Assembly (NCBI GenBank): GCA_034436775.1
Contig: DAOTVI010000044.1
Span: 14,058-78,057, forward strand
Length of the DNA stretch: 64,000 nt
Origin: Anaerolineae bacterium
GTDB lineage: Bacteria > Chloroflexota > Anaerolineae > 4572-78 > NAK82
Direction: 5' to 3'
Part shown: positions 43,929 to 54,602 of the stretch, piece by piece
How the letters are laid out: each line of letters opens with the position of its first letter
Position numbering within the stretch: position 1 is the stretch's first letter
Position numbers and translations under genes: made by a program
The notes under the pieces: model-generated
Database searches by the model: none
What the model saw: the letters and a program-made list of their open reading frames with translations, nothing else
Told to the model about the DNA's origin: nothing

Positions 43929-45839
43929 CTAGGGCAGGCGTAACGGCGGCAACGTCACACGGGCTACTTCAGCCGCTTCCTGGGCCGGATCGTACCAGAT
44001 GAGCAGCGGTGTGTATAGCGCATCCGACCAGGGCTCGGACAACCTCAAGTCGTATACGTCCACAATATACTCGCCGGCGCGCCACGTCGTGGTGGGATAG
44101 GCGAAATGCACCGGCACCGCGTCCGCCTGTGCCACCAGACGTCCATCTGGGGCCAACAAACGCGCCGACACCTTCAAGTCGCGCGCGATTGGCGCCTGGA
44201 CGTGCCAGACCAGGCGCAGCCGTACCGTCGGCGATGGGGTATGGGCTGGGGGACGCATCACATCATAGCCTCGCAGGACGATCTCCGGGGTGAGTGGGAC
44301 ATCCGCTTGATGGCCGATTGCCGGCATACGCCACTGCGGCTGGGCATAGACCCGGATGAGCGGACCCACGGCGCCTAATGACCAGCGCTCCGCGGCGCCC
44401 GCCAGCGAGCGGGTGAGATAGACCGGGGTACCCTGTCCGACCAGGTCTCGCACGATGGCCAGGCGCGCACCCGGATCGTCTGCTGCCACGGTGCGCACAT
44501 CCGGGCGCAGCCGGTGCACGCTCTGGAAATAGCGCACCAGCGTGACCTCCCCCTGAATGCCCACGATGACCGACTCGGGTTCCAAAGGCTGGCTCAGCAT
44601 ATCCACCCCATAGTCGTGCACCGCCCAATCGTCGGAGCGATCCAGCCCGGCAAAGTTGCTTTGGAGCAACCAACCGCTTTGCGCCAGAGACGCGGCCACG
44701 ATCAAGACACCCCCCAGGGAAGCGACCCACCTCTGCATCGGACGCACAGAAGCGGCACCCCAGGACCGCAGCCAACGCAGCAGACAGGTGATGCCATACC
44801 CCAACCAGAGCGTACCGATCAGGAAATTGGGGATGAAAAATACCTCGATGTCGGCCACGCGATAGAACAAGTTAAAACCGGCGTAACTGACGAACGCGAG
44901 CGCGGTGACGCCGAACGTCCATCTCCGGCGTGCCAGCAGGAGGATGCCCGTCCCAATGAGCACCATGCCCACCTCGCCGAATTGCCGGACAAACAGATCG
45001 AGGTAAAAACCGGCACCCCGCTCAACGGAAAATGGATTCTGAAAGATGAAGCTGCCATATCCCCACGCGGTGACGTACCGCCAAAACCCCTCGAAGGTGT
45101 TTGTGTAGCTGCCGTCCAGGGAACCGACGTGCCCGCGCAGGGGCAGGTAGAGATAGAGCCCCAAAGGTGCCCCGAACCACAGGAGATGCCGCCATTGAAA
45201 TGGGCGCCAATGCCGCATCCGCCACAGCACCAGCAAGGCGGCCGGCAACAACAACACCAGGGTGCGATGATGCGCCAACCCCAGGCCGAAGAGGCAGGCC
45301 AGTGCAGCGATGGAACGTTCCAGTCGAACGCGCACGTGATGCGGACTCGCCTCTGGAGAGGCAACGAAAGTGTCCATCCGCAACAAGACCCACAGCACGG
45401 CGCTCACCAAACAGGCGTGCAAGGTGTACACTTCGGCCACGGTCGCCTGCGACCAGAAAACGGGCGAAACCGTCAACGCGAGCGCCCCCAATGCCGCCCC
45501 CACATGCGCCGTCCAGCCGCGCACGTGCGCGCCCAGCTGCAGGCCGGTTACGTACACCAGCGCTACCGCAACCGCTCCGAAGAAGGCACTCATCAGGTTC
45601 ACCCGGAAGGCGACCTCACCGATGGGCAGCCAGGTGAACAACCAGCCCAACAGCGTGAACAAAGGATAGCCGGTCGGATGGGCGATCCCTAATTGATAGG
45701 GCACCAGCTGGAACTCGAGGCTGTCGTCGAACAAAGCCACGACTGAGGGAGCCAGGGTGAGGGTGTACAGCGTCATCGCAGCGAGGAAGAGACCTGCTGC
45801 CACCGCAAGCGGGCGTTTGGAGAGAGGATGTGCTATCAT
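43929..45839 (-). CDS. DUF2723-family GT-C-type membrane glycosyltransferase-like protein
   Basis: The N-terminal motif is DDSLEFQLVPYQLGIAHPTGYPLFTLLGWLF. There are at least 10 TM segments and a soluble C-terminal domain. Confidence 0.8.
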   Translation of the reverse strand: MIAHPLSKRPLAVAAGLFLAAMTLYTLTLAPSVVALFDDSLEFQLVPYQLGIAHPTGYPLFTLLGWLFTWLPIGEVAFRVNLMSAFFGAVAVALVYVTGLQLGAHVRGWTAHVGAALGALALTVSPVFWSQATVAEVYTLHACLVSAVLWVLLRMDTFVASPEASPHHVRVRLERSIAALACLFGLGLAHHRTLVLLLPAALLVLWRMRHWRPFQWRHLLWFGAPLGLYLYLPLRGHVGSLDGSYTNTFEGFWRYVTAWGYGSFIFQNPFSVERGAGFYLDLFVRQFGEVGMVLIGTGILLLARRRWTFGVTALAFVSYAGFNLFYRVADIEVFFIPNFLIGTLWLGYGITCLLRWLRSWGAASVRPMQRWVASLGGVLIVAASLAQSGWLLQSNFAGLDRSDDWAVHDYGVDMLSQPLEPESVIVGIQGEVTLVRYFQSVHRLRPDVRTVAADDPGARLAIVRDLVGQGTPVYLTRSLAGAAERWSLGAVGPLIRVYAQPQWRMPAIGHQADVPLTPEIVLRGYDVMRPPAHTPSPTVRLRLVWHVQAPIARDLKVSARLLAPDGRLVAQADAVPVHFAYPTTTWRAGEYIVDVYDLRLSEPWSDALYTPLLIWYDPAQEAAEVARVTLPPLRLP

Positions 45840-46055
45840 GCCCGGAGTTCCTCGCTGCCGATCATATCACGCCGAGGTAGCGAGGGCAAAACATTTTCGC
45901 AGGAGGGCTCTCCCTCTAACACAACTCTAATGTGTATCTAGTGCAAATCTAATATGGGCCCTCTAAGCTGTGCAAGGTAGACGGGTCAGGGGGTAGTCAA
46001 CCAATGGGATGCGCGGCTTTGCCATTCCCTGGCCGGCATAGCAAGGGTATCGGCC

Positions 46056-46280
46056 GTGGCAGGTCAACCGATCCGATGTTCGAATTGCTTGATCATCATC
46101 CGGTGGCAACCGACCATTGTGAACGATCGGTTTTACTGCTGCACCGGATGTGCGCAGGGGGGACCGTGTACCTGTGACTATGAACATCTGCCGGGCCAGA
46201 CACACGACTACCCCATCGTCCCGCATAAAGAGGGAGAATTGACTCATCGCTATGCGCTAAGAGATCAGGAGGAACGGTAA
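46056..46280 (+). CDS. Small Cys-rich putative metal-binding protein (CxxC...FYCCxGC...CxC)
   Basis: IRCSNC..(17)..[15 protein letters not shown] resembles the FCCxGC zinc-ribbon seen at the N-termini of some cation ATPases. It ends 1 nt before dnaK, whose SD lies inside it. It has a GTG start and a weak RBS, so it is uncertain. Confidence 0.5.
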   Translation: MAGQPIRCSNCLIIIRWQPTIVNDRFYCCTGCAQGGPCTCDYEHLPGQTHDYPIVPHKEGELTHRYALRDQEER

Positions 46281-46281
46281 G

Positions 46282-48183
46282 ATGGGAAAGATAGTAGGAA
46301 TCGATCTGGGAACGACCAACAGTGTGGTCGCAGTGATGGAGGGAGGACAGCCGACTGTAATCCCGACCGCTGAGGGTGGACGTCTGTGTCCCTCAGTGGT
46401 GGCCTTTACAAAGAGTGGCGAGCGCCTGGTAGGCCAAACCGCCAAGCGGCAGGCGATCGTCAATCCGGAGAACACGCTCTATTCGGTCAAGCGGCTCATC
46501 GGACGGCGCTATTCCGAGACCGAGATCGAGCGCAAGATGTTGGCCTACAAGGTGGTCGAAGGACCGGTGGGTGATGCGCGCATCTTTGTTCCGGTGGTAA
46601 ACCGCACCTATACGCCCCAGGAGATCAGCGCGATGGTGCTGGCCAAGCTCAAGGCGGACGCCGAAGCGTACCTCGGCGAGCCGGTGACGCAGGCAGTCAT
46701 CACCGTGCCGGCTTACTTCAACGACAGCCAGCGCCAGGCCACCAAGGATGCGGGTAAAATCGCCGGATTGGAAGTGTTGCGCATCATCAACGAGCCCACG
46801 GCTGCCGCGCTGGCCTACGGTCTGGATAAGAAGAAGAACGAGACCATCCTCGTCTGGGACCTGGGGGGTGGCACGTTTGACGTGAGCCTGCTCGAGGTGG
46901 GTGACGGGGTGGTCGAAGTGAAAGCGACCAATGGCGACACCCATCTGGGTGGCGATGACTGGGATCAGCGCATTGTGGACTGGGTGGCTGAGGAGTTCCG
47001 CAAGGAATATGGCATTGACCTGCGCCAGGATCGGCAGGCGCTGCAGCGCTTGAAGGAGGCGGCGGAGAAGGCGAAGATCGAGCTCAGCACGATGCTCGAG
47101 ACCGAGATCAACTTGCCTTTCATCACCGCCGACGCCAGCGGGCCGAAGCATCTGCAGATGAAGCTGACACGCGCCAAGTTTGAGCAGCTGACCGAGGACC
47201 TGGTGCGGCGCTGCCGTGGGCCGTTTGAGCGTGCCCTGGCCGACGCCAAGATCACCGCGTCGCAGATCGACGAGGTGGTGCTGGTCGGTGGCGCGACGCG
47301 GATGCCGATGATCCAAAACCTGGTGCGCGAACTGACGGGTAAGGAGCCGCACAAGGGCGTCAACCCGGATGAGGTGGTGGCCATCGGCGCTGCCATTCAG
47401 GCGGGTGTGCTGGCCGGCGAGGTCCGGGACGTGCTGCTGCTGGACGTCACGCCGCTCTCGCTGGGCGTCGAGACCCTGGGTGGTGTGATGACGGTGCTCA
47501 TCCCGCGTAACACCACCATCCCGACGCGCAAGTCGGAGATCTTCAGCACGGCCGAGGACGGCCAGACGGCTGTGGACATCAAGGTCTATCAGGGCGAGCG
47601 CCCCATGGCGGTGGACAACATGTTGCTGGGACAGTTCCGCCTGGACGGCATCCCACCCGCTCCGCGCGGCATCCCGCAAATCGAGGTCGTCTTTGACATT
47701 GACGCCAACGGCATCTTGAACGTCAGCGCGACGGACAAGGCGACGGGGCGCAACCAGAAGATCACCATCACGGCCAGCACCAACCTGGACCAGAAGGAGA
47801 TCGAGCGGATGATTCGCGAAGCGGAGCTGCACCGCGCCGAGGATGCACGTCGCAAAGAGCTGGCCGACACGCGCAACCAGGCCGATGCGCTGGCCTATCA
47901 GGTGGAGAAGAGCTTGAACGAGCTGGGCGATAAGGTGGACGGCGCGCTTCGTGCTGACCTTGAAGGCAAGATCAACGACGTGCGCGATGCCATCAAGTCG
48001 GACGACATCAACCGCATCAAGCGCACGATGCAGGCCCTCCAGCAAGCCAGCCTGAAGCTCGGGCAGACGATGTATGCCGGTCAGCCCGGCGCCGCACCCG
48101 GCGGGGACGGCTCCGGAGCGGGTCGTACGACCAAGGAGCCCGGCCAGGAAGACGTGGTCGAGGGCGAGTTCACCGAGGCGTAA
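46282..48183 (+). CDS. dnaK: Molecular chaperone DnaK (Hsp70)
   Basis: It has [23 protein letters not shown] and [10 protein letters not shown], and is full length at 633 aa. Confidence 0.98.
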   Translation: MGKIVGIDLGTTNSVVAVMEGGQPTVIPTAEGGRLCPSVVAFTKSGERLVGQTAKRQAIVNPENTLYSVKRLIGRRYSETEIERKMLAYKVVEGPVGDARIFVPVVNRTYTPQEISAMVLAKLKADAEAYLGEPVTQAVITVPAYFNDSQRQATKDAGKIAGLEVLRIINEPTAAALAYGLDKKKNETILVWDLGGGTFDVSLLEVGDGVVEVKATNGDTHLGGDDWDQRIVDWVAEEFRKEYGIDLRQDRQALQRLKEAAEKAKIELSTMLETEINLPFITADASGPKHLQMKLTRAKFEQLTEDLVRRCRGPFERALADAKITASQIDEVVLVGGATRMPMIQNLVRELTGKEPHKGVNPDEVVAIGAAIQAGVLAGEVRDVLLLDVTPLSLGVETLGGVMTVLIPRNTTIPTRKSEIFSTAEDGQTAVDIKVYQGERPMAVDNMLLGQFRLDGIPPAPRGIPQIEVVFDIDANGILNVSATDKATGRNQKITITASTNLDQKEIERMIREAELHRAEDARRKELADTRNQADALAYQVEKSLNELGDKVDGALRADLEGKINDVRDAIKSDDINRIKRTMQALQQASLKLGQTMYAGQPGAAPGGDGSGAGRTTKEPGQEDVVEGEFTEA

Positions 48184-48217
48184 GCGCGATACAAAGCGGA
48201 AAGGATGTCTTGTGGAG

Positions 48218-48249
48218 CGACACCCGGCTTCCTACGAAGCCGGGTGTCG
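48218..48249. terminator. Strong hairpin between convergent dnaK and the mrp operon (possible bidirectional terminator)
   Basis: CGACACCCGGCTTC-ctac-GAAGCCGGGTGTCG has a 14-bp perfect stem. Its right arm overlaps the last codons of mrpG. The flanking T-tracts are poor. Confidence 0.45.
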
Positions 48250-48642
48250 GTGTTCTTGGAGGCCAGCCTCTGAGACACTCTCCTCATAGCTCTCGAGCTC
48301 GTGTGTCTCTGGATCATAGTGCCCCGCCAGCTCATCCAGCACCGTTCCTCGCCAGCGAGGTATCTTGCGGAAGTAGGCTGCCCGCGCCAGAACGTGCGTG
48401 CCGACCGGGGCGGTGATGAAAAAGAAGAGCACGACCAGCAGAGAGCGGGTGATGGCTTCGGGGGTGCCGAAGTGCACCGCCGCGGCCAGCAGGAGGCTGG
48501 TGATCCCCAGCGTCGTTGCCTTGGAAGTGGCGTGCATACGCGTGTATAGGTCAGGCATACGGTTGAGGCCGATGTCGGCCACCAGCATAAAGAAGACACC
48601 AAAAGCGATCAAACCGAGAGTCACCCAGTCGTTGACGCTCAT
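48232..48642 (-). CDS. mrpG: Na+/H+ antiporter subunit G (Mrp/Mnh)
   Basis: GLIAFGVFFMLVADIGLNRMPDLYTRMHATSKATTLG. Confidence 0.9.
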   Translation of the reverse strand: MSVNDWVTLGLIAFGVFFMLVADIGLNRMPDLYTRMHATSKATTLGITSLLLAAAVHFGTPEAITRSLLVVLFFFITAPVGTHVLARAAYFRKIPRWRGTVLDELAGHYDPETHELESYEESVSEAGLQEHRHPAS

Positions 48643-48902
48643 ACGTCTCTCCCATGCTCCAGATAACGGGCGAAAGCGATGGTGCCCAGAAATGACAACA
48701 GAGCAGCCACCATCGCCACGTCCAGGAATACCACTTGTTCAACAGCAATACAGTACACCGTCGCCAGAGCCACAGTGTGAACGGCGATCTGATCGAGCGC
48801 CACGACGCGATCTGCCAGCGAAGGCCCGCGCAACAGGCGAATGAAACACAAGCCCATCGCTATGAATAGAATCAGAAGGACTCCATTTAACAGTTGACTC
48901 AT
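48639..48902 (-). CDS. mrpF: Na+/H+ antiporter subunit F (Mrp/Mnh)
   Basis: 87 aa with LLRGPSLADRVVALD, overlapping its neighbours by 4 nt. Confidence 0.9.
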   Translation of the reverse strand: MSQLLNGVLLILFIAMGLCFIRLLRGPSLADRVVALDQIAVHTVALATVYCIAVEQVVFLDVAMVAALLSFLGTIAFARYLEHGRDV

Positions 48903-49372
48903 TGCATCACCTCCAGGACGCGTCGCTCCAGACGGCTCTTGATCTTACGGCGAAAGGCATCGGGACTATCCAGATCAAGCGTGTGCACATATAACGTGCG
49001 TCGGTCGGTGGAGATATCCAGAGTGAGGGTGCCGGGCGACAACGTGATCAGGTTCGACAGGAGCACGATACCAAGCTCACTTTGAACGGTCAGTGGGACA
49101 GCCACGACGGCCGGCCGCATATGCGGCCGCGGCTGCAGAATAGCCCGGGCGACCGCCAGACTGGCGGTGAAAATCTCCCAGGCAGTGAACAGGATGAACG
49201 CGATCACCTGGATCACTTTGAGAGAGTAGTTGCGGCTGCCCAGGATGCGTTGGTTCAGACCGATGATGAGATAGCCGATGACGAAGCCGATCACGATGTG
49301 ACGTGCGTTCAGCTCGCCCTGCAGCAGGGCCCAGACCATAGCCAGAAAGATGTTCAGCACGAAGAATCGCAT
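48899..49372 (-). CDS. mrpE: Na+/H+ antiporter subunit E (Mrp/Mnh)
   Basis: 157 aa with an MnhE-like N-terminal TM pair and LITLSPGTLTLDIS. Confidence 0.88.
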   Translation of the reverse strand: MRFFVLNIFLAMVWALLQGELNARHIVIGFVIGYLIIGLNQRILGSRNYSLKVIQVIAFILFTAWEIFTASLAVARAILQPRPHMRPAVVAVPLTVQSELGIVLLSNLITLSPGTLTLDISTDRRTLYVHTLDLDSPDAFRRKIKSRLERRVLEVMQ

Positions 49373-49390
49373 CTTTCACTCCATCGAACG

Positions 49391-50878
49391 CTACGGCAAT
49401 GGGACGGCCGTGACGTAAGTGTTGGCGTCCAGCAGCTGCGTCGCCGCGGTCGTGGAGAGGTCCAGACCGTAACCAGCGGCCAGTCCCAGCAGCACACTCA
49501 GAGTCACAAGGATCGTCGCAGGGAGCACAATCCCCCATTCCGAACCGACCGGCATCGGCACAGCGCCCGACCCGGGGGCCGCTTTCCAGAATACCTCGTT
49601 CCAGATCTTGGTCATTGAGTACAGGGTCAGCAGGCTGACCAGGAGGCTGATTATGGCGATGGCATACTGTCTTCCGGCAACGGCTGCCGTCAGAAGCGCG
49701 AGCTTGCTGAAGAAACCGCTCAAGGGTGGAACGCCGGCCAGGGATAACGCGGCCAGCAAGAAGAGCATGGCCAGCACCGGACGCTGACGCAACTGGCCAC
49801 CCAGCTCGTACAATTGTCCTGTGCCGTTGAGGTGTTCCACACCGCCACCAATGATCAGCAAGGCTGTCTTGACGATGATATGATGCACGACGTAGAAGAC
49901 GCCGCCGGCGAGCCCGGCAACCGTGAACAGGCCCAGGCCCATAATCATATATCCGATCTGGCTGATAATATGAAATGAGAGGATGCGGCGCACATTGTTC
50001 TGGGCGATCGCGCCCAACACACCCACCGACATCGTCAGGCCAGCGACAAGCAAGAGCATGTCGTGGATGTAGACCGGCTGGTTGACAAAGAGGAGCGTGA
50101 ACACCCGATACAGGGCATACACGCCCACTTTGGTCAGCAATCCGCCGAACAGCGCCGTCACCGCCACGGGGGGCGTGTGGTATGATGCCGGCAGCCAGAA
50201 GAAGAGCGGAAACACCGCCGCCTTGATGCCAAAAGTGGTCAAGAACAACATCGCCAAAGCCGGCAACAGGGCGGGCGGTTGCGTTTCTGACATCAGGCGC
50301 ACCAGGTCTGCCAGGTTGAGGGTGCCAAACGTGCCGTACAGCAGTCCAATGGCGATGATCAGAATCGTCGAGGATACGAGGTTGATCACCACGTATTTCA
50401 AACCACCTTCCAGTTGGCCGCGTTCACCTCCCAATGTCATCAAGCCGAAGGACGCGATCAGCATCACCTCGAACCAGACATACAGGTTGAACACATCGCC
50501 GGCCAGAAAGGCGCCATTCACCCCCACCATCAGCAACTGATAAAGCGCATAGAAGCCCACCCGTTCGCGGATGGGATCAAGGGTGGCAAAGGTAAACCAC
50601 AGAACCACCCAACCCATCAGGGCCGAGATCGCCAACATCAACGCACTGAACAGATCGGCGATCAGGACGATGCCGTAGGGAGGTGGCCAGCTGCCCAGCG
50701 CCGTGACTTGCAGCCCCTGACTCCAGACCGTCCACAGGAGGAAGCCAGCGTAGCCAAGTCCGACCGTCGAGCCAAGCAGCGCAATGGACCGAGCCAACCA
50801 ACGCCGGTCGCCGGCCAACAAACAGAGGATCCCGGTGAACAGCGGGATGAGCAGCGGCAAGATCAAATGGTGAGTCAA
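49391..50878 (-). CDS. mrpD: Na+/H+ antiporter subunit D (NuoM/N-like)
   Basis: 495 aa, a polytopic proton-pumping antiporter-like subunit. Confidence 0.92.
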   Translation of the reverse strand: MTHHLILPLLIPLFTGILCLLAGDRRWLARSIALLGSTVGLGYAGFLLWTVWSQGLQVTALGSWPPPYGIVLIADLFSALMLAISALMGWVVLWFTFATLDPIRERVGFYALYQLLMVGVNGAFLAGDVFNLYVWFEVMLIASFGLMTLGGERGQLEGGLKYVVINLVSSTILIIAIGLLYGTFGTLNLADLVRLMSETQPPALLPALAMLFLTTFGIKAAVFPLFFWLPASYHTPPVAVTALFGGLLTKVGVYALYRVFTLLFVNQPVYIHDMLLLVAGLTMSVGVLGAIAQNNVRRILSFHIISQIGYMIMGLGLFTVAGLAGGVFYVVHHIIVKTALLIIGGGVEHLNGTGQLYELGGQLRQRPVLAMLFLLAALSLAGVPPLSGFFSKLALLTAAVAGRQYAIAIISLLVSLLTLYSMTKIWNEVFWKAAPGSGAVPMPVGSEWGIVLPATILVTLSVLLGLAAGYGLDLSTTAATQLLDANTYVTAVPLP

Positions 50879-51213
50879 CGGTCGGTGCTCCCCATATCAT
50901 CGAGGTTGTCGCCGTTTACGGCCTGATCAACCCGAAAGGCCAGCACCAGCGTGAACGCAGTGATCCCAAAACCGATCACAATAGCTGTCAAAATGAGGGC
51001 CTCGGGCAACGGGTCAGCCATGGGGCGGGCCGTCCGGTCACTTAATAGAGGGGGTGCCCCCCGGCGCAGGCCACTCATGCTAAAGAGAAGCAAGTTGGCG
51101 CCGTGGGATAACATCATGAGTCCCAACAGCAGTTTGACAATGCTGCGCCGCAAAATCATGTAGACACCCGAGGCAAACAGAACACCGATGACCACCGCTA
51201 TGACGTTTTCCAC
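50875..51213 (-). CDS. mrpC: Na+/H+ antiporter subunit C (NuoK-like)
   Basis: GTG start at 51213 ([23 protein letters not shown]..), 112 aa. The remainder of track ORF 50875..51663 overlaps mrpB out of frame. Confidence 0.85.
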   Translation of the reverse strand: MENVIAVVIGVLFASGVYMILRRSIVKLLLGLMMLSHGANLLLFSMSGLRRGAPPLLSDRTARPMADPLPEALILTAIVIGFGITAFTLVLAFRVDQAVNGDNLDDMGSTDR

Positions 51214-51629
51214 GTTCCCTCCTCGGTCACAGCCATGATGACCTCCACGGTGACCCCCACCACGACCAGATAGACCCCCAGGTCGAACACCAATGGCGTG
51301 CCCACCTTGAGGTCCCCCAGTGATGGCAGCTCGATCGTAATCCACACTCCAGTGAGGAAGGCCTGACCCGACAGCAGACCGGGCACGCCGGCCAGGACAG
51401 CGACCAGCACTCCCAGCGGCAAGAGATAGCGCAGGTCGATCGGGTATAACCAGCGCGTGTCCGAAGATCCGCGGGCGATCTGCTGCAATACAATCGAGGC
51501 TGCGGCCACCAACCCGCCGATGAATCCACCACCGGGCAAGTTGTGACCACGCAAGAGCATATCCACGGAGAACAGGATCAGCACCGGCAGCATCAGCCAT
51601 GCAGCTGTACGCAAAATCAGCGACTTCAT
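51198..51629 (-). CDS. mrpB: Na+/H+ antiporter subunit B
   Basis: [25 protein letters not shown] is the MnhB signature. Confidence 0.9.
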   Translation of the reverse strand: MKSLILRTAAWLMLPVLILFSVDMLLRGHNLPGGGFIGGLVAAASIVLQQIARGSSDTRWLYPIDLRYLLPLGVLVAVLAGVPGLLSGQAFLTGVWITIELPSLGDLKVGTPLVFDLGVYLVVVGVTVEVIMAVTEEGTWKTS

Positions 51630-53950
51630 CGCTTGACCTCCACAGGAACACGACGTCGAACACGGAACCGCATCATGCCGAATACCCCAAGCGCGGCGAT
51701 GATAAGCACCGTGATTTCACCCAGGGTGTCCAGTGCCCGGAAGTCCACCAGAATCACGTTGACGACGTTCGCACCATAGGCCAGGGGGAGGCTGTTCTTG
51801 ATGTAGTAATCCGAGACGGCAAGGTCAGGTGTTTGTGGCAGCACCAGGATGAGCAGCAGCGTGACCAGCGCACCCACGCCGGCGGCAATCAGGCCGTCCC
51901 GCAGTCGTGTCAGCTTGGCCGTATGATCTTCAAAGAAGCGCGGCAGGAAGTGGAAGACAAGCAGCAAGAGCACGACCGTCAGTGTCTCTACCAGCAACTG
52001 GGTCAAGGCCAGGTCGGGTCCGCTGTAGAGCACGTAGAAAAAGGCCATCAAATAGCCGACGGTGCTGATTGCGGCAATGGCACCCAGACGTGTGGGGGCG
52101 ATCACCAGTGCCAGCGCGGCTAAAATCATCATCCCAGCAGCCGCGATCTCGTAAGGCTGGACACCATCCAGCGACCACGTCGCCGGCCAGGCAAGTCCAC
52201 CAGAGGTCGCGAGTGCCAGGGCAACGGCGGCCACCAGCGCCCCCAGTGTCATTATCAAATAGTGGCGCAGGCTGCCGGTTTGGATCCGGTTCGTGAGAGC
52301 AACGGCCAGCCGGTTGAGACCGCTCACACCGCCGTCGTAGAGATGGTCCACCTGTGCCCACGCCGGCCACTTTGCCTGCAAGGTCCACACCCTGTGACGC
52401 AGGAAGAACATACCACTGCCACAGACAACTGCGACCACACTGAGCGCCATAGACAAATTCACGCTGTGCCAGAGCTCAAGATCGAGTTGGGCTGTCTTGC
52501 CCAGCACCACGCCCGCCGCCCCGCCGAGCAGACTGGCTGCCCCTTCCCGAAGCGGTGGCCAGACGGTGAGCACCGATAGAACGGCCAGCACGGCCGGCGC
52601 CACAAGCATACCTGCCGGCGCCTCATGGGGGTTCTTTGGGGTCGAACGCGGCTTGCCGAGAAAGATGCCATACACCAGAAGGATGCTGTAGGCCACGCCC
52701 CAGATGGCACCCACCACCACGGCCAGCGGCCCTGCGATCGCCCAGATGGAGGTCGCTTCCCATCCCAAAACGCTGTCTATGGCCTTTTCCTTGGCCAGAA
52801 AGCCGAACAACGGTGGCAGACCGGCCATCGAAAGCGCCGCTGTCGTGGCGAGGACTGCCGAGACAGGCATCTGGCGTGCCAATCCACCCAAGGACATCAG
52901 ATCACGCGTGCCTGTGGCGTGGTCAACGATGCCCACAATCAGGAACAAGGCCGCCTTGTAGAATGCGTGCGCCATGATAACGACCATCAACGCCTTCAGG
53001 GCAGCGGAGGTGCCCACACCGATAAGTGCGACCATAAGGCCCAATGCGCTGACCGTGGTATAGGCGAGCAATGCCTTCAGGTCGGTCTGCTTGAAGGCAA
53101 GATAAGCGCCCCACACCAGCGTGGTCAGGCCGACGACCGCGACGAGATCACGCCAGACGGTGTTGCCACCCATCGCCGGATAGAGGCGTGCCAGGAGGTA
53201 TACACCTGCCTTGACCATCGTGGCGGAATGCAGATAGGTGCTGGCAGGCGTGGGCGCCTGCATGGCATCCGGCAGCCAAATGTGGAAGGGCACCTGCGCT
53301 GACTTGGCAAAAGCCCCCGTCAAGATCAGAATGAGAACCGGCAGGTATAGCGGGTGTGCCTGGAGCATCTCACCGCGAGCCACCCATTCACTCAGCCGCA
53401 GACTGTCGGCCATCTGACCTACCACAACCAAGCCCAACAGCAGCGCCAGACCACCGCCAGCTGTGATCAACAGCGCCTTCAACGCTCCGTAACGTGCCTT
53501 CGCCTCCTCGTGATGGAAGCCGATGAGAAGAAACGATGTCACACTGGTCAGTTCCCAAAACACAAACAGCGTGATCGCGTCATCTGCCAATACGAGGCCC
53601 AGCATCGAACCCATGAACAACAACGTATAGGACTGAAAGCGATTGACATGGGGATGCCCTGCCAGGTAGTAGCCGGAGTAGGCGATCACCAGCGCGCCAA
53701 TGCCGCTGACGAGCAGAGCGAATAGCAGGCTGAGTCCATCCAGACGCAGGGCGAATTCTACACCTATCTGTGGCACCCAGGGATACACCACAGACATCTG
53801 AGAAGCCAATCCATCGTTGTTCGCCAGCGTCACAAGCCAGACTGACATCGCTGCCGGCACCACCGCCAGAGCCCAGTCGCCAGCTCTTCTCAACCAGCCG
53901 ACCAACGGGGCGATCAAGAATGGCAATGCAACGATAACAATCAGTGGCAT
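51626..53950 (-). CDS. mrpA: Na+/H+ antiporter subunit A (NuoL-like)
   Basis: The likely start is [20 protein letters not shown] at 53950, preceded by GGAGGGAAA. The ORF track extends to 54046. Confidence 0.92.
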   Translation of the reverse strand: MPLIVIVALPFLIAPLVGWLRRAGDWALAVVPAAMSVWLVTLANNDGLASQMSVVYPWVPQIGVEFALRLDGLSLLFALLVSGIGALVIAYSGYYLAGHPHVNRFQSYTLLFMGSMLGLVLADDAITLFVFWELTSVTSFLLIGFHHEEAKARYGALKALLITAGGGLALLLGLVVVGQMADSLRLSEWVARGEMLQAHPLYLPVLILILTGAFAKSAQVPFHIWLPDAMQAPTPASTYLHSATMVKAGVYLLARLYPAMGGNTVWRDLVAVVGLTTLVWGAYLAFKQTDLKALLAYTTVSALGLMVALIGVGTSAALKALMVVIMAHAFYKAALFLIVGIVDHATGTRDLMSLGGLARQMPVSAVLATTAALSMAGLPPLFGFLAKEKAIDSVLGWEATSIWAIAGPLAVVVGAIWGVAYSILLVYGIFLGKPRSTPKNPHEAPAGMLVAPAVLAVLSVLTVWPPLREGAASLLGGAAGVVLGKTAQLDLELWHSVNLSMALSVVAVVCGSGMFFLRHRVWTLQAKWPAWAQVDHLYDGGVSGLNRLAVALTNRIQTGSLRHYLIMTLGALVAAVALALATSGGLAWPATWSLDGVQPYEIAAAGMMILAALALVIAPTRLGAIAAISTVGYLMAFFYVLYSGPDLALTQLLVETLTVVLLLLVFHFLPRFFEDHTAKLTRLRDGLIAAGVGALVTLLLILVLPQTPDLAVSDYYIKNSLPLAYGANVVNVILVDFRALDTLGEITVLIIAALGVFGMMRFRVRRRVPVEVKR

Positions 53951-54068
53951 TTTCCCTCCGTGCGCGTCTGTATATGGTACGTGACCGGCTTGGCCACACG
54001 TGCAGGGCTGCACGTCGGAGCCCGGGTGTAAGCCGCGGCGCAGCACACCCTTGAATCAAACGCGCCCT

Positions 54069-54097
54069 ATTATACCACCGGTGGGCGCACGTCGCAC
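54069..54097 (-). promoter_or_regulatory. Putative mrp operon promoter
   Basis: Minus strand: an extended -10 cgGTGgTATAAT with a weak -35 (GTGCGA, 17-nt spacer). Confidence 0.3.
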
Positions 54098-54114
54098 CTT
54101 GGCGCCCCCTCTTG

Positions 54115-54428
54115 GGTGCATTTCAGCTTGGGGGCAAGTTCTGGCGTGCACGCGCCAAAAACGGCTCAAATGTCCACAAAAATGGCCGAAAAACCGTCTG
54201 TAACAGTCCAAGCGATATAGCGGCACACTGTGGGGGCGCACGGCCGTGCGCCCCCACAGCCTTCTCGCAGAGCGAGGGCGGTTGCCGAGCACACCCACTC
54301 CCCCGGCACGGGTGCAGCGCGCTGTACCCCTACACCGCACGGCAGGCGAAGGGGAGCCCGCGCCCTCTCCGTGGACGGAGAGAGTTGGGGTGGAGGTATT
54401 TCAACTTTGTCCCTAAATTGAGAGATAC
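54115..54428. repeat. Dispersed MITE-like element, copy B (more diverged)
   Basis: The left end ggtgcatttcagcttggggg aligns to 7201-7219. The shared internal blocks are the ggggcgcacggccgtgcgcccc palindrome, gggYggttgcc..gcaMaccc, the ccgtggacgg hairpin and tttcaactt. The right end ccctaaattgagagatac is degenerate. Confidence 0.65.
54228..54259. repeat. GC-rich perfect palindrome (REP-like hairpin)
   Basis: ctgtgggggcgcacggccgtgcgcccccacag has the same core as 7295-7322. Confidence 0.85.
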
Positions 54429-54544
54429 ACTCTCCTGATGAAAGAGTGTTGGAAAAGTCCCCTGGCCCACTCAGATTTGCATAGGAAAAATAGGTCAATA
54501 AAACAGGTAACTAAAGACTTTTCAACGCTCTCCGATAGGCAAAG

Positions 54545-54573
54545 TTCACTTCCACGGCACTATGTGGTAAAAT
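54545..54573 (+). promoter_or_regulatory. Putative promoter of the peptidase gene cluster
   Basis: TTCACT, 17-nt spacer, TAAAAT with a TG extension (tgTGgTAAAAT). The SD AAAGGAGTGAGG follows. Confidence 0.4.
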
Positions 54574-54602
54574 ATAAAGGAGTGAGGACAAACGTGGAGG
54601 TG

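Noticed and set aside
45900-46055. CIRCE (TTAGCACTC-N9-GAGTGCTAA) or HAIR heat-shock operator upstream of dnaK
   Set aside because: No acceptable match is visible on either strand. Only the CTCTAA-like repeats reported as a finding are present.
46393-48045. 550-aa ORF antisense to dnaK. Similar long antisense ORFs include 612..1934, 11731..12897, 22441..23613, 26383..28101, 33837..35537, 37418..38089, 41515..42390, 44514..45692 and 59468..60550.
   Set aside because: These are typical shadow ORFs of GC-rich DNA. They have Arg/Ala/Gly/His-rich, motif-free translations, and the opposite strand carries unambiguous conserved proteins.
48232-53950. The mrpABCDEFG operon as something unusual
   Set aside because: Gene order, sizes and 4-nt overlaps are those of a standard group-1 Mrp/Mnh cation:proton antiporter, so it is ordinary.
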